A stretch of DNA of 64,000 nucleotides from an uncultured Candidatus Rokubacteria bacterium (lineage in GTDB: Bacteria > Methylomirabilota > Methylomirabilia > Rokubacteriales > CSP1-6): contig CAVXJS010000007.1 of NCBI GenBank assembly GCA_963762145.1, forward strand, positions 96,001 to 160,000. The letters are read 5' to 3'. The notes under the pieces were generated by a model, which was given only the letters and a program-made list of their open reading frames with translations, did not search any database and had not been told where the DNA came from. This document shows positions 47,602 to 58,859 of the stretch, one piece after another (within the stretch, counting starts at the first letter, position 1; each line of letters opens with the position of its first letter). A program made the translations under genes and the position numbers.

Positions 47602-48500
47602 CGCAGGCTCGATCCAAGGAGCACGACGCCCGATCGATCGCGCACCACTACGACGTCTCGAACGACTTCTACGCGCTGTTCCTGGACCCGCTGATGGTCT
47701 ACACCTGCGCGTACTACCGCGATTCGGACGGCAAGCTCGAGCAGGCGCAGGAGGACAAGCTCGATCTGGTCTGCCGCAAGCTCCGCCTGCAGGCTGGTGA
47801 GCGCGTCCTCGACATCGGCTGCGGCTGGGGCGGCTTCAGCATCTGGGCCGCCCAGCACTACGGCGTACACGCCCACGGCGTCACGCTCTCGAGGAAGCAG
47901 GCCGAGTGGGCGGCCGCGAGGATCAAGCGCGAGGGGCTCGAGGACCGGTGCCTGGTCGAGTACCGCGACGTCCGCGACCTGCCCGCGGAGGTGCGCTACG
48001 ACAAGATCGCGGCCATCGGGGTCATCGAGCACGTGGGCATCCCCAACTACCCGGCCTTCTTCGGGCGGGTGAAGGACATGCTGGTGGACGGGGGCCTGTA
48101 CCTCAACCACGGCATCCACCACGAGTTCCACTGGAAGCGCACGAGCCAGACCGACTTCCTCTATCGCCACGTCTTCCCCAACGGCGATCTGTCCGGCGTG
48201 ACCGAGACGCTCACCGAGATGGAGCGCGCGGGCTGGGAGCTGCTGGACCTGGAGAACCTGCGGCCGCACTACGCGCGCACGTGCCGGCAGTGGGCGGAGC
48301 GTCTCAAGGCTCGCGCGGACGAGGCGCGCGCGATCGTGGGCGAGCAGGTCTACCGGACCTGGCTGCTGTACCTCACGTGCTCGTCGGCGGCCTTCGCGAC
48401 CGGCTCGATCGGCCTCTACCAGGTCCTGATGCAGAAGCAGTGGGACCAGACACGCGGGATCGCGCCGACCACCCGCGAGGGCATTTACACCGGCTGGTAA
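47598..48500 (+). CDS. Cyclopropane-fatty-acyl-phospholipid synthase-family SAM methyltransferase (catalytic domain only)
   Basis: HHYDVSNDFY, MVYTCAYY, LDIGCGWGG, GVTLS, IEHVG, HVFPNG, HYARTC..W. Confidence 0.9.
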   Translation: MTQARSKEHDARSIAHHYDVSNDFYALFLDPLMVYTCAYYRDSDGKLEQAQEDKLDLVCRKLRLQAGERVLDIGCGWGGFSIWAAQHYGVHAHGVTLSRKQAEWAAARIKREGLEDRCLVEYRDVRDLPAEVRYDKIAAIGVIEHVGIPNYPAFFGRVKDMLVDGGLYLNHGIHHEFHWKRTSQTDFLYRHVFPNGDLSGVTETLTEMERAGWELLDLENLRPHYARTCRQWAERLKARADEARAIVGEQVYRTWLLYLTCSSAAFATGSIGLYQVLMQKQWDQTRGIAPTTREGIYTGW

Positions 48501-48515
48501 TTCTCGCCGCCGCGG

Positions 48516-48971
48516 CTAGCCGCGCGCGAGGATCTGGTCGATCTCGTCCAGGTGCTCGCGCCGATGCTCGGCGCGGAGCACGCTGATCGGGTGGCCCGCG
48601 GCCGCGTTCGCCGCGAGCTGCGCCTCCGACAGGCCCGCCACGCGCTCGTCCGCGGCGACCGCCGCCTCCACCGCGATCCGCGCCGCGACGCGTGGGGGGA
48701 GAGCCAGGCAGAGCGGTTTGCCCGCGTCGTTGACCCAGTCCACCGAGGTCTCGTCGATGGCGGGCGGCGGGGTGCCGCGTCCGCCGGCCCAGCGGTCGAT
48801 CAGGGTCACGACCCGCTCGTCCCAGAAGGCGAGGTGGGCCAGGACGCCGGCCACCGTCCATCCGGCCTCCATGGGCCCGGCGAGCTGCTGGTCGTTGAGC
48901 TTCTCGGTGAGGGCGCGGAGCCGCTCGAGCTGCGCCCGGTTCTCGGCCACGTAGGATCGATCCGCCGCCAT
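48516..48971 (-). CDS. DinB/maleylpyruvate isomerase N-terminal-like protein
   Basis: GGGAGG RBS; GWTVAGVLAHLAFWD, EH.REHLD. Confidence 0.78.
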   Translation of the reverse strand: MAADRSYVAENRAQLERLRALTEKLNDQQLAGPMEAGWTVAGVLAHLAFWDERVVTLIDRWAGGRGTPPPAIDETSVDWVNDAGKPLCLALPPRVAARIAVEAAVAADERVAGLSEAQLAANAAAGHPISVLRAEHRREHLDEIDQILARG

Positions 48972-49091
48972 GGACGTTCCTCCCTTGGGATCTGATGTTG
49001 GACCCGCGCCATTGTGACACCGGCCGAGGGCGCGTGTGAAGGGCCGGTCGGTTGCCGCCCCCGGCCGATTCATGTTACACACGCCAGAGCG

Positions 49092-50621
49092 ATGGACGTT
49101 CTCGCCGCGCACGCCGCCCGTCATCCCGACAAGCCGGCTCTCCTCGAAGGTGAGCGCGCCTGGAGCTGGGGCGAGCTCGTCGCGCGGCGCAACCGGCTGG
49201 GCCACGGCCTCATCGGCCTGGGGCTGCCGCCCGGCGGCCACGTCATCGTGTACGCGGAGAACTCGCTGGAGCACTACCTGGCCGGCGCGGCCGCGCGCGC
49301 GGCCGGGCTCATCCCCGCGCCGATGAATCATCGGCTGGTGGCCGAGGAGGCCCTCTACATCCTCGATCACTCCGACGCGGTCGCGGTGCTGGTGAGCGAT
49401 CGCTTCCTGCCCATGGCGGAGGCCATCCGCGCCCAGGCCGGGAAGGTGCGCCAGTGGATCCTGCTGGGATCGGAGCGCCGGCCCTGGGGCGTGCACGTGG
49501 ACGACCTGCTGGCCGCGGGGCGGCCCGATCCGGTGGAGCCCCGGGGCGGCGAGGGCTTCGGCGCGTCCATCATCTACACCGGCGGGACCACCGGGAAGCC
49601 CAAGGGGGCCCTGCGCCGCGGGATCAATCCTCAGGATCTGATGGACACGCTGCGGGCGATGGATCTGCTCGACCCGGCCCACGTGCACCTGGTGGCCGGG
49701 CCCATGTACCACTCGGCGCCGGGCGGCCTCGCGCTCTACACCCATCTGGTCGGCGGCACCGTGGTCATCATGCCGAAGTTCGATCCGGAGCAGGCGCTGG
49801 CCGAGATCGAGCGCCACCGGTGCACCAGCACCTTCATGGCCCCGACGCTGCTCAAGCGGATCGTGGACCTGCCCGCCGCGGTCCGGGCGCGGTACGACGT
49901 GTCCTCGATGCGCGCGATCATCATGGCGGCGGCGCCGTGCCCGATGAGCGTGAAGGAGGGGGTGGTGGCGCACTTCGGGCCCGCGCTGTACGAGTTCTAC
50001 GGCTCGAGCGAGCTCGGGGTGAACACGGTGCTGCGGCCGGAGGACGTGCTGCGCAAGCCGGGCTCCTGCGGGCGCGCGGCGCCGGGCAAGGAGATCGCGC
50101 TGCTCGACGACGACGGCCGGCCGGTGCCGACCGGGCAGCCGGGCGAGCTCTACGTGCGCCGGTTCCCCGGCATCCTCGACGAGTACTATCGCGATCCGGT
50201 CGCGACCGAGAAGATGCGCCGCGGGGACTGGTACACGGTGGGCGACGTGGCCTACGTGGACGCGGACGGCTTCTACTACATCTGCGACCGCAAGCGCGAC
50301 ATGATCATCTCGGCGGGCGTCAACATCTACCCGGCCGAGATCGAGGACGTGCTGCACCGCCACCCGAAAGTGCTCGACGCCGCCGTCTTCGGGGTGCCCG
50401 ACGACGAGTGGGGCGAGCGTGTGCACGCGGCCGTCCACGTGCGTCCCGGCGAGGCCCTCACCGCCGAGGCCATCACCGCGTTTTGCCGGGAGCACATGGC
50501 CGGCTACAAGGTGCCCCGCGAGGTCTCCTTCCACGACGACTTCCCGCGCGACGCGGCGGGCAAGCTGCTCAAGCGCCAGCTCCGCGAGCCTCACTGGGCC
50601 GGGCGCGTGTCGCGCGTCTAG
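49092..50621 (+). CDS. Acyl-CoA synthetase (AMP-binding)
   Basis: YTGGTTGKPKG, FYGSSE, GDVAYVDADG, DRKRDMIIS.GVNIYPAEIE, GKLLK. Confidence 0.93.
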   Translation: MDVLAAHAARHPDKPALLEGERAWSWGELVARRNRLGHGLIGLGLPPGGHVIVYAENSLEHYLAGAAARAAGLIPAPMNHRLVAEEALYILDHSDAVAVLVSDRFLPMAEAIRAQAGKVRQWILLGSERRPWGVHVDDLLAAGRPDPVEPRGGEGFGASIIYTGGTTGKPKGALRRGINPQDLMDTLRAMDLLDPAHVHLVAGPMYHSAPGGLALYTHLVGGTVVIMPKFDPEQALAEIERHRCTSTFMAPTLLKRIVDLPAAVRARYDVSSMRAIIMAAAPCPMSVKEGVVAHFGPALYEFYGSSELGVNTVLRPEDVLRKPGSCGRAAPGKEIALLDDDGRPVPTGQPGELYVRRFPGILDEYYRDPVATEKMRRGDWYTVGDVAYVDADGFYYICDRKRDMIISAGVNIYPAEIEDVLHRHPKVLDAAVFGVPDDEWGERVHAAVHVRPGEALTAEAITAFCREHMAGYKVPREVSFHDDFPRDAAGKLLKRQLREPHWAGRVSRV

Positions 50622-50632
50622 GACCCGCCCGC

Positions 50633-52225
50633 ATGCGCATCCGCCTCACCGCCAAGATCACCGTCCTGATCATCCTGGTGCTGATCGTGGGGTTCGGCGT
50701 CGCGACCCTCCTGACGATCAAGCGGGAGAGCGAGCTGCTCGTCGAGCAGAACAAGATGGCGGCGCGCCGGCTCATCGGCACGCTGGTCTCGAGCATCGAG
50801 ACCGCCATGCTCTCCGAGCGGCCCGACATCACCCGCGGCCTCATCGAGGATCTCCGCAGCTCGAAGCTCGTCCAGGGCCTCGTCGTCTACCGGAGGAATG
50901 GGGTGGAGGCGTTCACCGACCTGGCCACGCTGCGGGAGGTGTCGAAGGAGGCCGACCTGCCCAAGGACGTGATGGCCTCGATCGAGAAGATGCGCCGCGA
51001 GCCGGGGCGGACGATGGCGGGACCGCTCTTCACCCGGGCGCTCGAGACGATGCAGATGCAGGAGGCGCTCGAGTCCCGCGACGGCGCCACCATGTTCACG
51101 GTGTACCAGCCGATCCCCAACCAGGAGCGCTGCCAGGGCTGCCACGGCTCGGACCACAAGGTGCGCGCGGTCGTCCAGGCCGCCACCTCCATGGAGCCGG
51201 TGATGGCCGAGGTGCGCATGCAGCGCAACCGGCAGATCATGATCGGCCTCCTGACCATCCTGGCCGCCGCCGCGGTGCTGGCGGTGGCCATGCGTCACGT
51301 GGTGGTGCGGCCGATCCACGAGCTGGCCGCGGTGGCCCGGCGCATCGGCGAGGGCGACTTCGGGGTGCGGGCCCGCGCCGGCTCGGGGGACGAGGTGGCC
51401 GAGCTGGGCGGCGCGCTCAACGACATGACCGGCCATCTCGAGCGAGCCCAGCAGAACCTGGCCGCCCGCAACACCGAGCTCGCCACCGCGCTCGAGAACC
51501 TGCAGGCCTCGCGGCAGCGCCTCGAGGTGCTCGAGCAGCTCAAGGGCGAGCTCTCCAAGTTCGTGCCCGACGCGGTCAAGGAGCTGCTCGAGCGGGATCC
51601 CAGCGCGACGAGCCTCGAGAAGCGCAGCGAGGAGGTCTCGGTGCTCTTCCTCGACATCGCGGGCTACACGCGGCTCTCCGAGCAGCTCGAGGCCAAGCGG
51701 CTCAACCAGCTCGTCCAGACCTACTTCTCGAGCTTCCTCGAGATCATCCGCCGGCACCACGGGGACGTGAACGAGACCGCGGGCGACGGGCTCATGGTGA
51801 TCTTCCAGAAGCAGCCGCGCGGGCCCAGCGGGGGCGACGAGGACCACGCGCTGAACGCGACCCGGGCCGCCTTCGCGATCCGCCAGAAGACGACCGCGCT
51901 GAACGAGGAGTACGGAGGCGTGTTCCCGGCCATCCAGCTCCACATGGGGATCAATACCGGTCAGGCGCTGGTGGGCGCCACCAAGCTGAGCGGGGCGGCG
52001 TCCGAGCGCTGGACGTTCACCGCGACCGGCCCCACCACCAACATCGCGGCCCGGTTCGCGGGCGCGGCGGAGGGTGGAGACATCGTGGTCGGGCAGGTGA
52101 CCGCCGATCGCATCGCCGGGCTCTTCGTGCTGGAAGCGCTCGGGGAGCGCACCTTCAAGAACGTCTCGCAGCCACTCCCGATCTATCGCGTGATCCCGCC
52201 CGGCGTGTACAGCAAAGTCACCTGA
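50633..52225 (+). CDS. Membrane class III nucleotide cyclase with periplasmic CxxCH sensor and HAMP domain
   Basis: TM-periplasmic domain with CQGCH-TM-HAMP (DEVAEL...N.M)-cyclase (FLDIAGYT, GDGLM, GINTG, NIAAR). Confidence 0.9.
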   Translation: MRIRLTAKITVLIILVLIVGFGVATLLTIKRESELLVEQNKMAARRLIGTLVSSIETAMLSERPDITRGLIEDLRSSKLVQGLVVYRRNGVEAFTDLATLREVSKEADLPKDVMASIEKMRREPGRTMAGPLFTRALETMQMQEALESRDGATMFTVYQPIPNQERCQGCHGSDHKVRAVVQAATSMEPVMAEVRMQRNRQIMIGLLTILAAAAVLAVAMRHVVVRPIHELAAVARRIGEGDFGVRARAGSGDEVAELGGALNDMTGHLERAQQNLAARNTELATALENLQASRQRLEVLEQLKGELSKFVPDAVKELLERDPSATSLEKRSEEVSVLFLDIAGYTRLSEQLEAKRLNQLVQTYFSSFLEIIRRHHGDVNETAGDGLMVIFQKQPRGPSGGDEDHALNATRAAFAIRQKTTALNEEYGGVFPAIQLHMGINTGQALVGATKLSGAASERWTFTATGPTTNIAARFAGAAEGGDIVVGQVTADRIAGLFVLEALGERTFKNVSQPLPIYRVIPPGVYSKVT

Positions 52226-52226
52226 G

Positions 52227-52625
52227 CTACATCCCGCCGCCGGCCCCTCCGCCCTTCCAGTCGAACGAGGTCACGGTCACCCGGTAGGCGGCGCCGGTCG
52301 CCTGGAGCGGCACCTCGAAGTACGCCCGATCCTTGAACTGGACGGCCCCCACCACGAAGCCGATGGTCCGGGCGGTCACCGCGCCGGAGGCGTCGAGGGT
52401 TTCCACCAGCAGGTGGACGTCCGTGGCCGGGCGGCCGTGGTCGTTGTAGATGTAGCCCTGGATCGCCGGCTTGCCCCCACGCCCGGTGCCTGCCTCCCAG
52501 TCGAGGCGGAGCCGCGAATCGATGCCCGACGGCGCGCTCACCGCCGCCACGGGCGCCGGCATCGTGATCGGTCCCAGACCCGACATCACCGCCGCCACCA
52601 GCACGAGCGCCTTGATCGTCGTCAT
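52227..52625 (-). CDS. FxLYD-like secreted Ig-fold protein
   Basis: Signal peptide; G.IYN, ETLDASG, YFEV, YRV.V.SFDW. Confidence 0.7.
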   Translation of the reverse strand: MTTIKALVLVAAVMSGLGPITMPAPVAAVSAPSGIDSRLRLDWEAGTGRGGKPAIQGYIYNDHGRPATDVHLLVETLDASGAVTARTIGFVVGAVQFKDRAYFEVPLQATGAAYRVTVTSFDWKGGGAGGGM

Positions 52626-52698
52626 GGTGATCGCCTCCTGGCCCCTATGATGTCATAGACGTGATCGCCCCCGGGGACGCCCCGGAATGCGAAGCGAT

Positions 52699-53917
<1,219 letters not shown>

Positions 53918-54039
53918 GACCTGTGCATCTAAGCACAAGTCCCCAAGACCTGCGCGTGTTGACTGGCTATGGGCGATCGTCTAGCATCATCGAGAGGCGC
54001 GCTGCATCGCGCCATTCGACTCGACGACGAGAGGATTCC

Positions 54040-55041
54040 ATGGCCGATTCGCCGATGACGCTATCGGAACATCTCTCGACCCAGCAAGCCGCCCTCTCGA
54101 CCGAGCACGCCCGCAACGTGGCCGCGGTCCTGGCCCGCATCGGCCGCGTGGCCGCCGTCATCGCCCAGGAGCTGGCCCACGCCGCCCTTCGCGACCAGCT
54201 CGGCTACGTCGGCGGGGCCAACGCCACCGGCGACCAGGTCAAGAAGCTCGACGTGTGGGGCCACGAGACGATGGTGAGCGCGCTCCGCGAGACGCGGGCC
54301 TGCGCCGCGCTCGTGTCGGAGGAAGCCGCCGACCCCGTCGAGATGGAAGCGGGCGGCACGCACGCCCTCGTGGTCTGCGCGGATCCGGTGGACGGCTCCT
54401 CGAACCTGGACGTCAACGGCTCGGTGGGCACGATCTTCTCGCTCAAGCCGTCCAGGGGAAAGAGCCCGGCGGGTCCCGCCGCGCTCGGCGCGGGCACCGA
54501 TCAGATCGCGGCGGGCTACGTGATGTACGGCCCGGCGACGACCCTCGTCTACACGGTCGGGCGCGGCACGCACGGCTTCACGCTGGCCCCCGAGACCGGC
54601 GAGTTCCTGCTCACGCACCCCGACATCCGCATCCCGAAGCGCGGGAAGATCTACGGCATCAACGAGGGCAACGTGAACGTCTGGCATCCCGGCCAGCGCG
54701 CCTTCGTGGAGTATCTGAAGACGAAGGACAAGGCGAGCGGCCGGCCCTACTCGCTCCGCTACTCGGGCGCGATGGTGGCCGACGTGCACCGCACGCTGCT
54801 GGACGGCGGGCTCTTCATGTACCCCGCCGACTGGAGCGATCCGGCCAAGCCCAAGCCCAAGCTGCGGCTGCTCTACGAGGTCGCGCCGATGGGCCTGCTC
54901 GTCGAGCAGGCAGGCGGGCGCGCCAGCACCGGCTTCGAGCGCGTGCTGGACGTCGTGGCCACCGAGTATCACCAGCGAGCGGCCGTCATCCTCGGCAGCC
55001 CCGAGGACGTCGCGACCGCCGACGAGTTCTACCGCAGGTAA
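54040..55041 (+). CDS. fbp: Class 1 fructose-1,6-bisphosphatase
   Basis: GDQVKKLD, SEE, DPVDGSSNLD, RYSGAMVADVHR, KLRLLYE. Confidence 0.93.
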   Translation: MADSPMTLSEHLSTQQAALSTEHARNVAAVLARIGRVAAVIAQELAHAALRDQLGYVGGANATGDQVKKLDVWGHETMVSALRETRACAALVSEEAADPVEMEAGGTHALVVCADPVDGSSNLDVNGSVGTIFSLKPSRGKSPAGPAALGAGTDQIAAGYVMYGPATTLVYTVGRGTHGFTLAPETGEFLLTHPDIRIPKRGKIYGINEGNVNVWHPGQRAFVEYLKTKDKASGRPYSLRYSGAMVADVHRTLLDGGLFMYPADWSDPAKPKPKLRLLYEVAPMGLLVEQAGGRASTGFERVLDVVATEYHQRAAVILGSPEDVATADEFYRR

Positions 55042-55071
55042 CCTGCGAGCCAGGAAAGGAGCGGTCACGCC

Positions 55072-55998
55072 ATGGAATCGCGAGTGAAGGAGATCCTGAG
55101 CTGGTACAGCAGTGACAGTCCCGGCACGCGCACCAACATCGCCCGCCTGCTCAACCACGGGCGCCTGGCCGGCACCGGCAAGCTCGTCATCCTGCCGGTG
55201 GACCAGGGGTTCGAGCACGGACCCGCGCGCAGCTTCGCGGTCAACCCCGCGGGCTACGACCCGTCGTACCACTTCCAGCTCGCCATCGACGCCGGCTGCA
55301 ACGCCTACGCGGCGCCGCTCGGGTTCCTGGAGTCGGGGGCCGCCGAGTTCGCGGGCGAGGTGCCGCTCATCCTCAAGATGAACAACCACGACGTGCTCCA
55401 CGACGAGAAGGATCCGCTCTCCGCGGTGACCGGCTCGGTCAAGGACGCGCTCCGGCTCGGGTGCGTGGCGGTGGGCTTCACGATCTACCCGGGCTCGTCG
55501 CAGGCCCAGATCATGTACCAGCAGTGCCGCGAGATGATCCAGGAGGCCAAGGCCAGCGGGCTCGCGGCGGTGGTGTGGTCCTACCCGCGCGGGACCGACG
55601 TCAGCAAGGCCGGGGAGACCGGTCTGGACGTCGTCGCCTACGCGGCCCAGATCGCGGCCCAGCTCGGCGCCCACATCATCAAGGTGAAGCCGCCCACCGA
55701 GCACATCGAGCAGGCCGAGGCCAAGAAGGCCTACGAGAAGGCCAAGGTGCCGATGGCCACCCTCAGCGAGCGGGTGCGGCACGTGGTGCAGTCCTCCTTC
55801 AACGGCCGCCGGATCGTGATCTTCTCGGGCGGGGCCACCAAGGAGAACGACGAGTCGTTCTTCGACGAGTGCCGCGGCATCCGCGACGGTGGGGCGTTCG
55901 GCTCCATCATCGGGCGCAACTCGTTCCAGCGGCCGCGCGACCACGCGCTCCGGTTCCTGGACACGGTGATGAAGATCTACTCCGGCGAGAAGAAGTAG
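55072..55998 (+). CDS. fbaB: Class I fructose-bisphosphate aldolase (DhnA/FbaB type)
   Basis: LPVDQGFEHGP, VWSYPRG, IIKVK, IIGRN.FQR. Confidence 0.9.
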   Translation: MESRVKEILSWYSSDSPGTRTNIARLLNHGRLAGTGKLVILPVDQGFEHGPARSFAVNPAGYDPSYHFQLAIDAGCNAYAAPLGFLESGAAEFAGEVPLILKMNNHDVLHDEKDPLSAVTGSVKDALRLGCVAVGFTIYPGSSQAQIMYQQCREMIQEAKASGLAAVVWSYPRGTDVSKAGETGLDVVAYAAQIAAQLGAHIIKVKPPTEHIEQAEAKKAYEKAKVPMATLSERVRHVVQSSFNGRRIVIFSGGATKENDESFFDECRGIRDGGAFGSIIGRNSFQRPRDHALRFLDTVMKIYSGEKK

Positions 55999-56012
55999 CG
56001 GCCGCCCGGCCC

Positions 56013-56969
56013 GTGCCCGCTCCCCCGGAGGCCCCGACCGAATCGGAAGTTCGCGAGTACCTGAAGACGCTGTCGAACTGGGGCCGCTGGGGGAGCGAGG
56101 ACGAGCTGGGCACCATCAACCTGATCACGCCTGCCAAGCGCCAGCATGCGGCGCGTCTCGTCACCCACGGCGAGAGCGTCACGTGCGCCCGCCCGATCAC
56201 GACCGACATCGCCGCCGACACCACCGTCCAACCCATGCGCTTCATGGTCGACTCCGGCGAGGGCCGTGACACCGTGTCCCCGGAGCGCGCCCTGCAGCGC
56301 CGCGGCGCGGCCGAGTTCATCGGCATGGTCTTTCACGGCTACTCCATCACCCACGTGGACGCGCCGTCGCACTACTTCTGGGACGGCCGGCTCTACAACG
56401 GGCGCTCGTGCAACGCGGTGACGTCGCGCGAGGGCGCTACCGTGAACTCGGTGGAGGTGCTGCGCGACGGGGTGGTCAGCCGCGGGGTGCTGCTGGATGT
56501 CGCGCGGACGAAGGGCGTCCCGTGGCTCGAGGCGGGCGTGGGCGTGATGCCGGACGACCTGGAGGCCGCCGAGAAGGCCGCGGGGGTCCGGGTGGAGCCG
56601 GGCGACATCCTGCTCGTGCGCACCGGCTACTATGGCCGGCGGCTCGCGGAGGGGCCGGTGAACCCGCTCCAGGCCGGCAACCCCGCGCTCCACGCGGCGT
56701 GCTGCCCCTGGCTGCGCGAGCGGGGAGTGGCCATGATCGGCACCGACACCCACAACGACGTGACCCCGCTACCGTACCCGTCCATGGGCAACTCCTTCCA
56801 CGTGGTCTGCCTGGTGGCCATGGGCCTGTGGCTCATCGACAACGCCAATCTGGAGGACCTGGCCCGGACCGCCGCCCGGCTCGGGCGCTGGGAGTTCCTG
56901 CTGGCCATTGCCCCGCTCCGGCTCAAGGGCGTGACGGGCTCCCCGGTCAACCCGATCGCGGTCTTCTAG
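56013..56969 (+). CDS. Cyclase family (kynurenine formamidase-like) metal hydrolase
   Basis: NWGRWG.EDELGT.N, HG..ITHVDA..H, RGVLLD, LVRTG, GSPVNPIA. Confidence 0.88.
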   Translation: MPAPPEAPTESEVREYLKTLSNWGRWGSEDELGTINLITPAKRQHAARLVTHGESVTCARPITTDIAADTTVQPMRFMVDSGEGRDTVSPERALQRRGAAEFIGMVFHGYSITHVDAPSHYFWDGRLYNGRSCNAVTSREGATVNSVEVLRDGVVSRGVLLDVARTKGVPWLEAGVGVMPDDLEAAEKAAGVRVEPGDILLVRTGYYGRRLAEGPVNPLQAGNPALHAACCPWLRERGVAMIGTDTHNDVTPLPYPSMGNSFHVVCLVAMGLWLIDNANLEDLARTAARLGRWEFLLAIAPLRLKGVTGSPVNPIAVF

Positions 56970-57043
56970 GCCCCCGCTAGGCCCCCGCCGGGGCTGGCGG
57001 ATTCCCGATGGCTGGAAAACGAGCCTGGCATATACTCGGGGGC

Positions 57044-57562
57044 ATGGAGCGCCAGACCCCCTGGTTTCAGGTCGTGGCCGTCATCCTGGTCGTGGTCGGG
57101 CTGCTGACGCTGGCGGCCCCGGCCCCGGTGCACGCCATGGACCCGCAGCTCATGATGGCCATGGCGTCCGCGGCGGGCGCCATCGCGCTGATCGTGGGGT
57201 ACCTCATCGTGGCCAACGGTCGCGACCGGCAGCGCGCTGCCTCGCTGGAAGGCATCTACACCTGCCATGAGCGGGAGGCTTCCGGCCCGATGGGCTGTGT
57301 CGGTCCGAGCTCGGGCAAGCCGGCGCCGGCCGCCTACGCGCCCGCCGCGCCGGCGGAGAGCCCGATGGCGACCGAGGGTGGCAGCGCCCCGCGCGTGAGC
57401 GCGATCGCCGGGCTGGACTCGTGCCCGCAGGGCCAGGCCTCTGGGCCGATGGGCTGCGGCGCCGCGACGGGGTCAGGGTCGGCCTACTCGGTAGGCGCCG
57501 GGTCGGGCGGCTTCTCGTCGGCCGCTCCCGCTGCGGTCCCTTCCGCCGTCCAGGGCCAGTAA
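57044..57562 (+). CDS. Hypothetical membrane/secreted protein with duplicated C-x5-SGPMGC motif
   Basis: TATACT 7 nt before ATG; signal peptide then hydrophobic helix; two ASGPMGC copies. Confidence 0.65.
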   Translation: MERQTPWFQVVAVILVVVGLLTLAAPAPVHAMDPQLMMAMASAAGAIALIVGYLIVANGRDRQRAASLEGIYTCHEREASGPMGCVGPSSGKPAPAAYAPAAPAESPMATEGGSAPRVSAIAGLDSCPQGQASGPMGCGAATGSGSAYSVGAGSGGFSSAAPAAVPSAVQGQ

Positions 57563-57581
57563 CCGGATCCGGGCAACAAAC

Positions 57582-57608
57582 GACCGGCGGGGGTCACCCC
57601 CGCCGGTC
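57582..57608. terminator. Bidirectional intrinsic terminator
   Basis: 12-bp stem GACCGGCGGGGG/CCCCCGCCGGTC with A-rich 5' and T-rich 3' flanks between convergent genes. Confidence 0.8.
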
Positions 57609-57628
57609 TTGTCTTGCCGGTCGGCCGG

Positions 57629-58845
57629 CTACTTGCGAACCGCGTCGAGGATCTCGCCGAACAGCGCCCACTTCTCGCCGTCGAACTTGGCGAGCTGCTC
57701 CTGCTCGATGGGAGCGTGGTCGGTCGGGCTCGTGTTGACCTTGATGCCGGGCAGCAGGAGCGGCAGCTCGAAGTCCTTCACGTTGGCCGCCTGCTTCATG
57801 ATGTTCTCGCGCGAGAGGTCGTTGCCGCACTGCTTGAGCACCTGGGTCATCAGGATGGCCACGTTGTAGCCGAAGGCGTTGGCCTGCTCGTCGATGGCGC
57901 CCTCCGGATAGTACTTCTTCATGAACGCGACCCACTCGACGAAGCCCTTGTCGTTCTTCCACTGCGGGTCGGTGATCTCCTTCATGTAGAGCGCGGTGAT
58001 CAGGCCCCGGGAGCTCTCGAGCCCCGCGGGCTTCAGCACGGTGCCCAGCGAGCTCGACACGTTGTTCAGGAAGTGCAGCGGCTTCCAGCCGATGTCGTTG
58101 GACTTCTTGATGGCCTGCACCGCGAACTTCGGGATCGTGATGTTGAAGAACACGTTGGCGCCGCTGTTCTTCAGGTTGACGATCTGCGAGTCGATCGTGG
58201 GGTCGGTCACCTCGTAGCTCTGCTTCATCACGATCAGCTTCTTGGCCGCGTCGCCCAGCCCGTCCTCGAAGCCCTTGAGGTAGTCCTTCCCGTAGTCGTC
58301 GTTCTGGTACAGGATGCCGACCTTCGCGTCGGGCACGTTCTTGAGCACGTACGCCGCGTAGATCCGGCCCTCGGTCTGGTAGTTGGGCTGGTAGCCCATC
58401 GTCCACGGGAAGTTCTTCGGGTCGTTCCACTTCGTCGCGCCGGTGGCCACGAAGAGGTGCGGCACCTTCTGCTGGTTCACGTACTTGTGGATGGCGCTGT
58501 TGGGGGGCGTGCCGAGGGTCTGGAAGAGCGCGGCGACCTGGTCCTGCTCGACGAGGCTTGCCGGACCATCTCCACCGTCTTGGGCGGGCTGTACTCGTCG
58601 TCGAGGTGATGTAGTTGATCTTGCGCCCGTTGACCCCGCCCTCGTCGTTGACCTTCTTGAAGTAGGCGCCGATGACCTTGCCGATGGTGCCGTAGGCGGA
58701 GGCCGGGCCGCTGTAGGGATTGGTGTTGCCGATCTTGATCTCGGTGGCGGTGACGCCGACCACCGTCTGGGCCGCCGCCCCGCCGGCGCCGGCCAGGTCA
58801 CGCCCAGGCCAGCAGCAGCGCCATGAACCGCGTGAATAGCCTCAT
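57629..58845 (-). CDS. Liv-family ABC substrate-binding protein (several frameshifts, probably sequencing errors)
   Basis: IKIGNT.PYSGPASAYG, GGVNGRKI, YQNDDYGKD spread over several frames. Confidence 0.8.
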
Positions 58846-58859
58846 GTGTTGCCTCCCGT

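Noticed and set aside
50633-52225. Pycsar/CBASS-type defence cyclase
   Set aside because: Sensor-HAMP architecture and no adjacent cNMP-binding effector
54040-55998. Calvin-cycle cluster
   Set aside because: fbp and class I aldolase are present without RuBisCO or phosphoribulokinase; gluconeogenesis is sufficient to explain them
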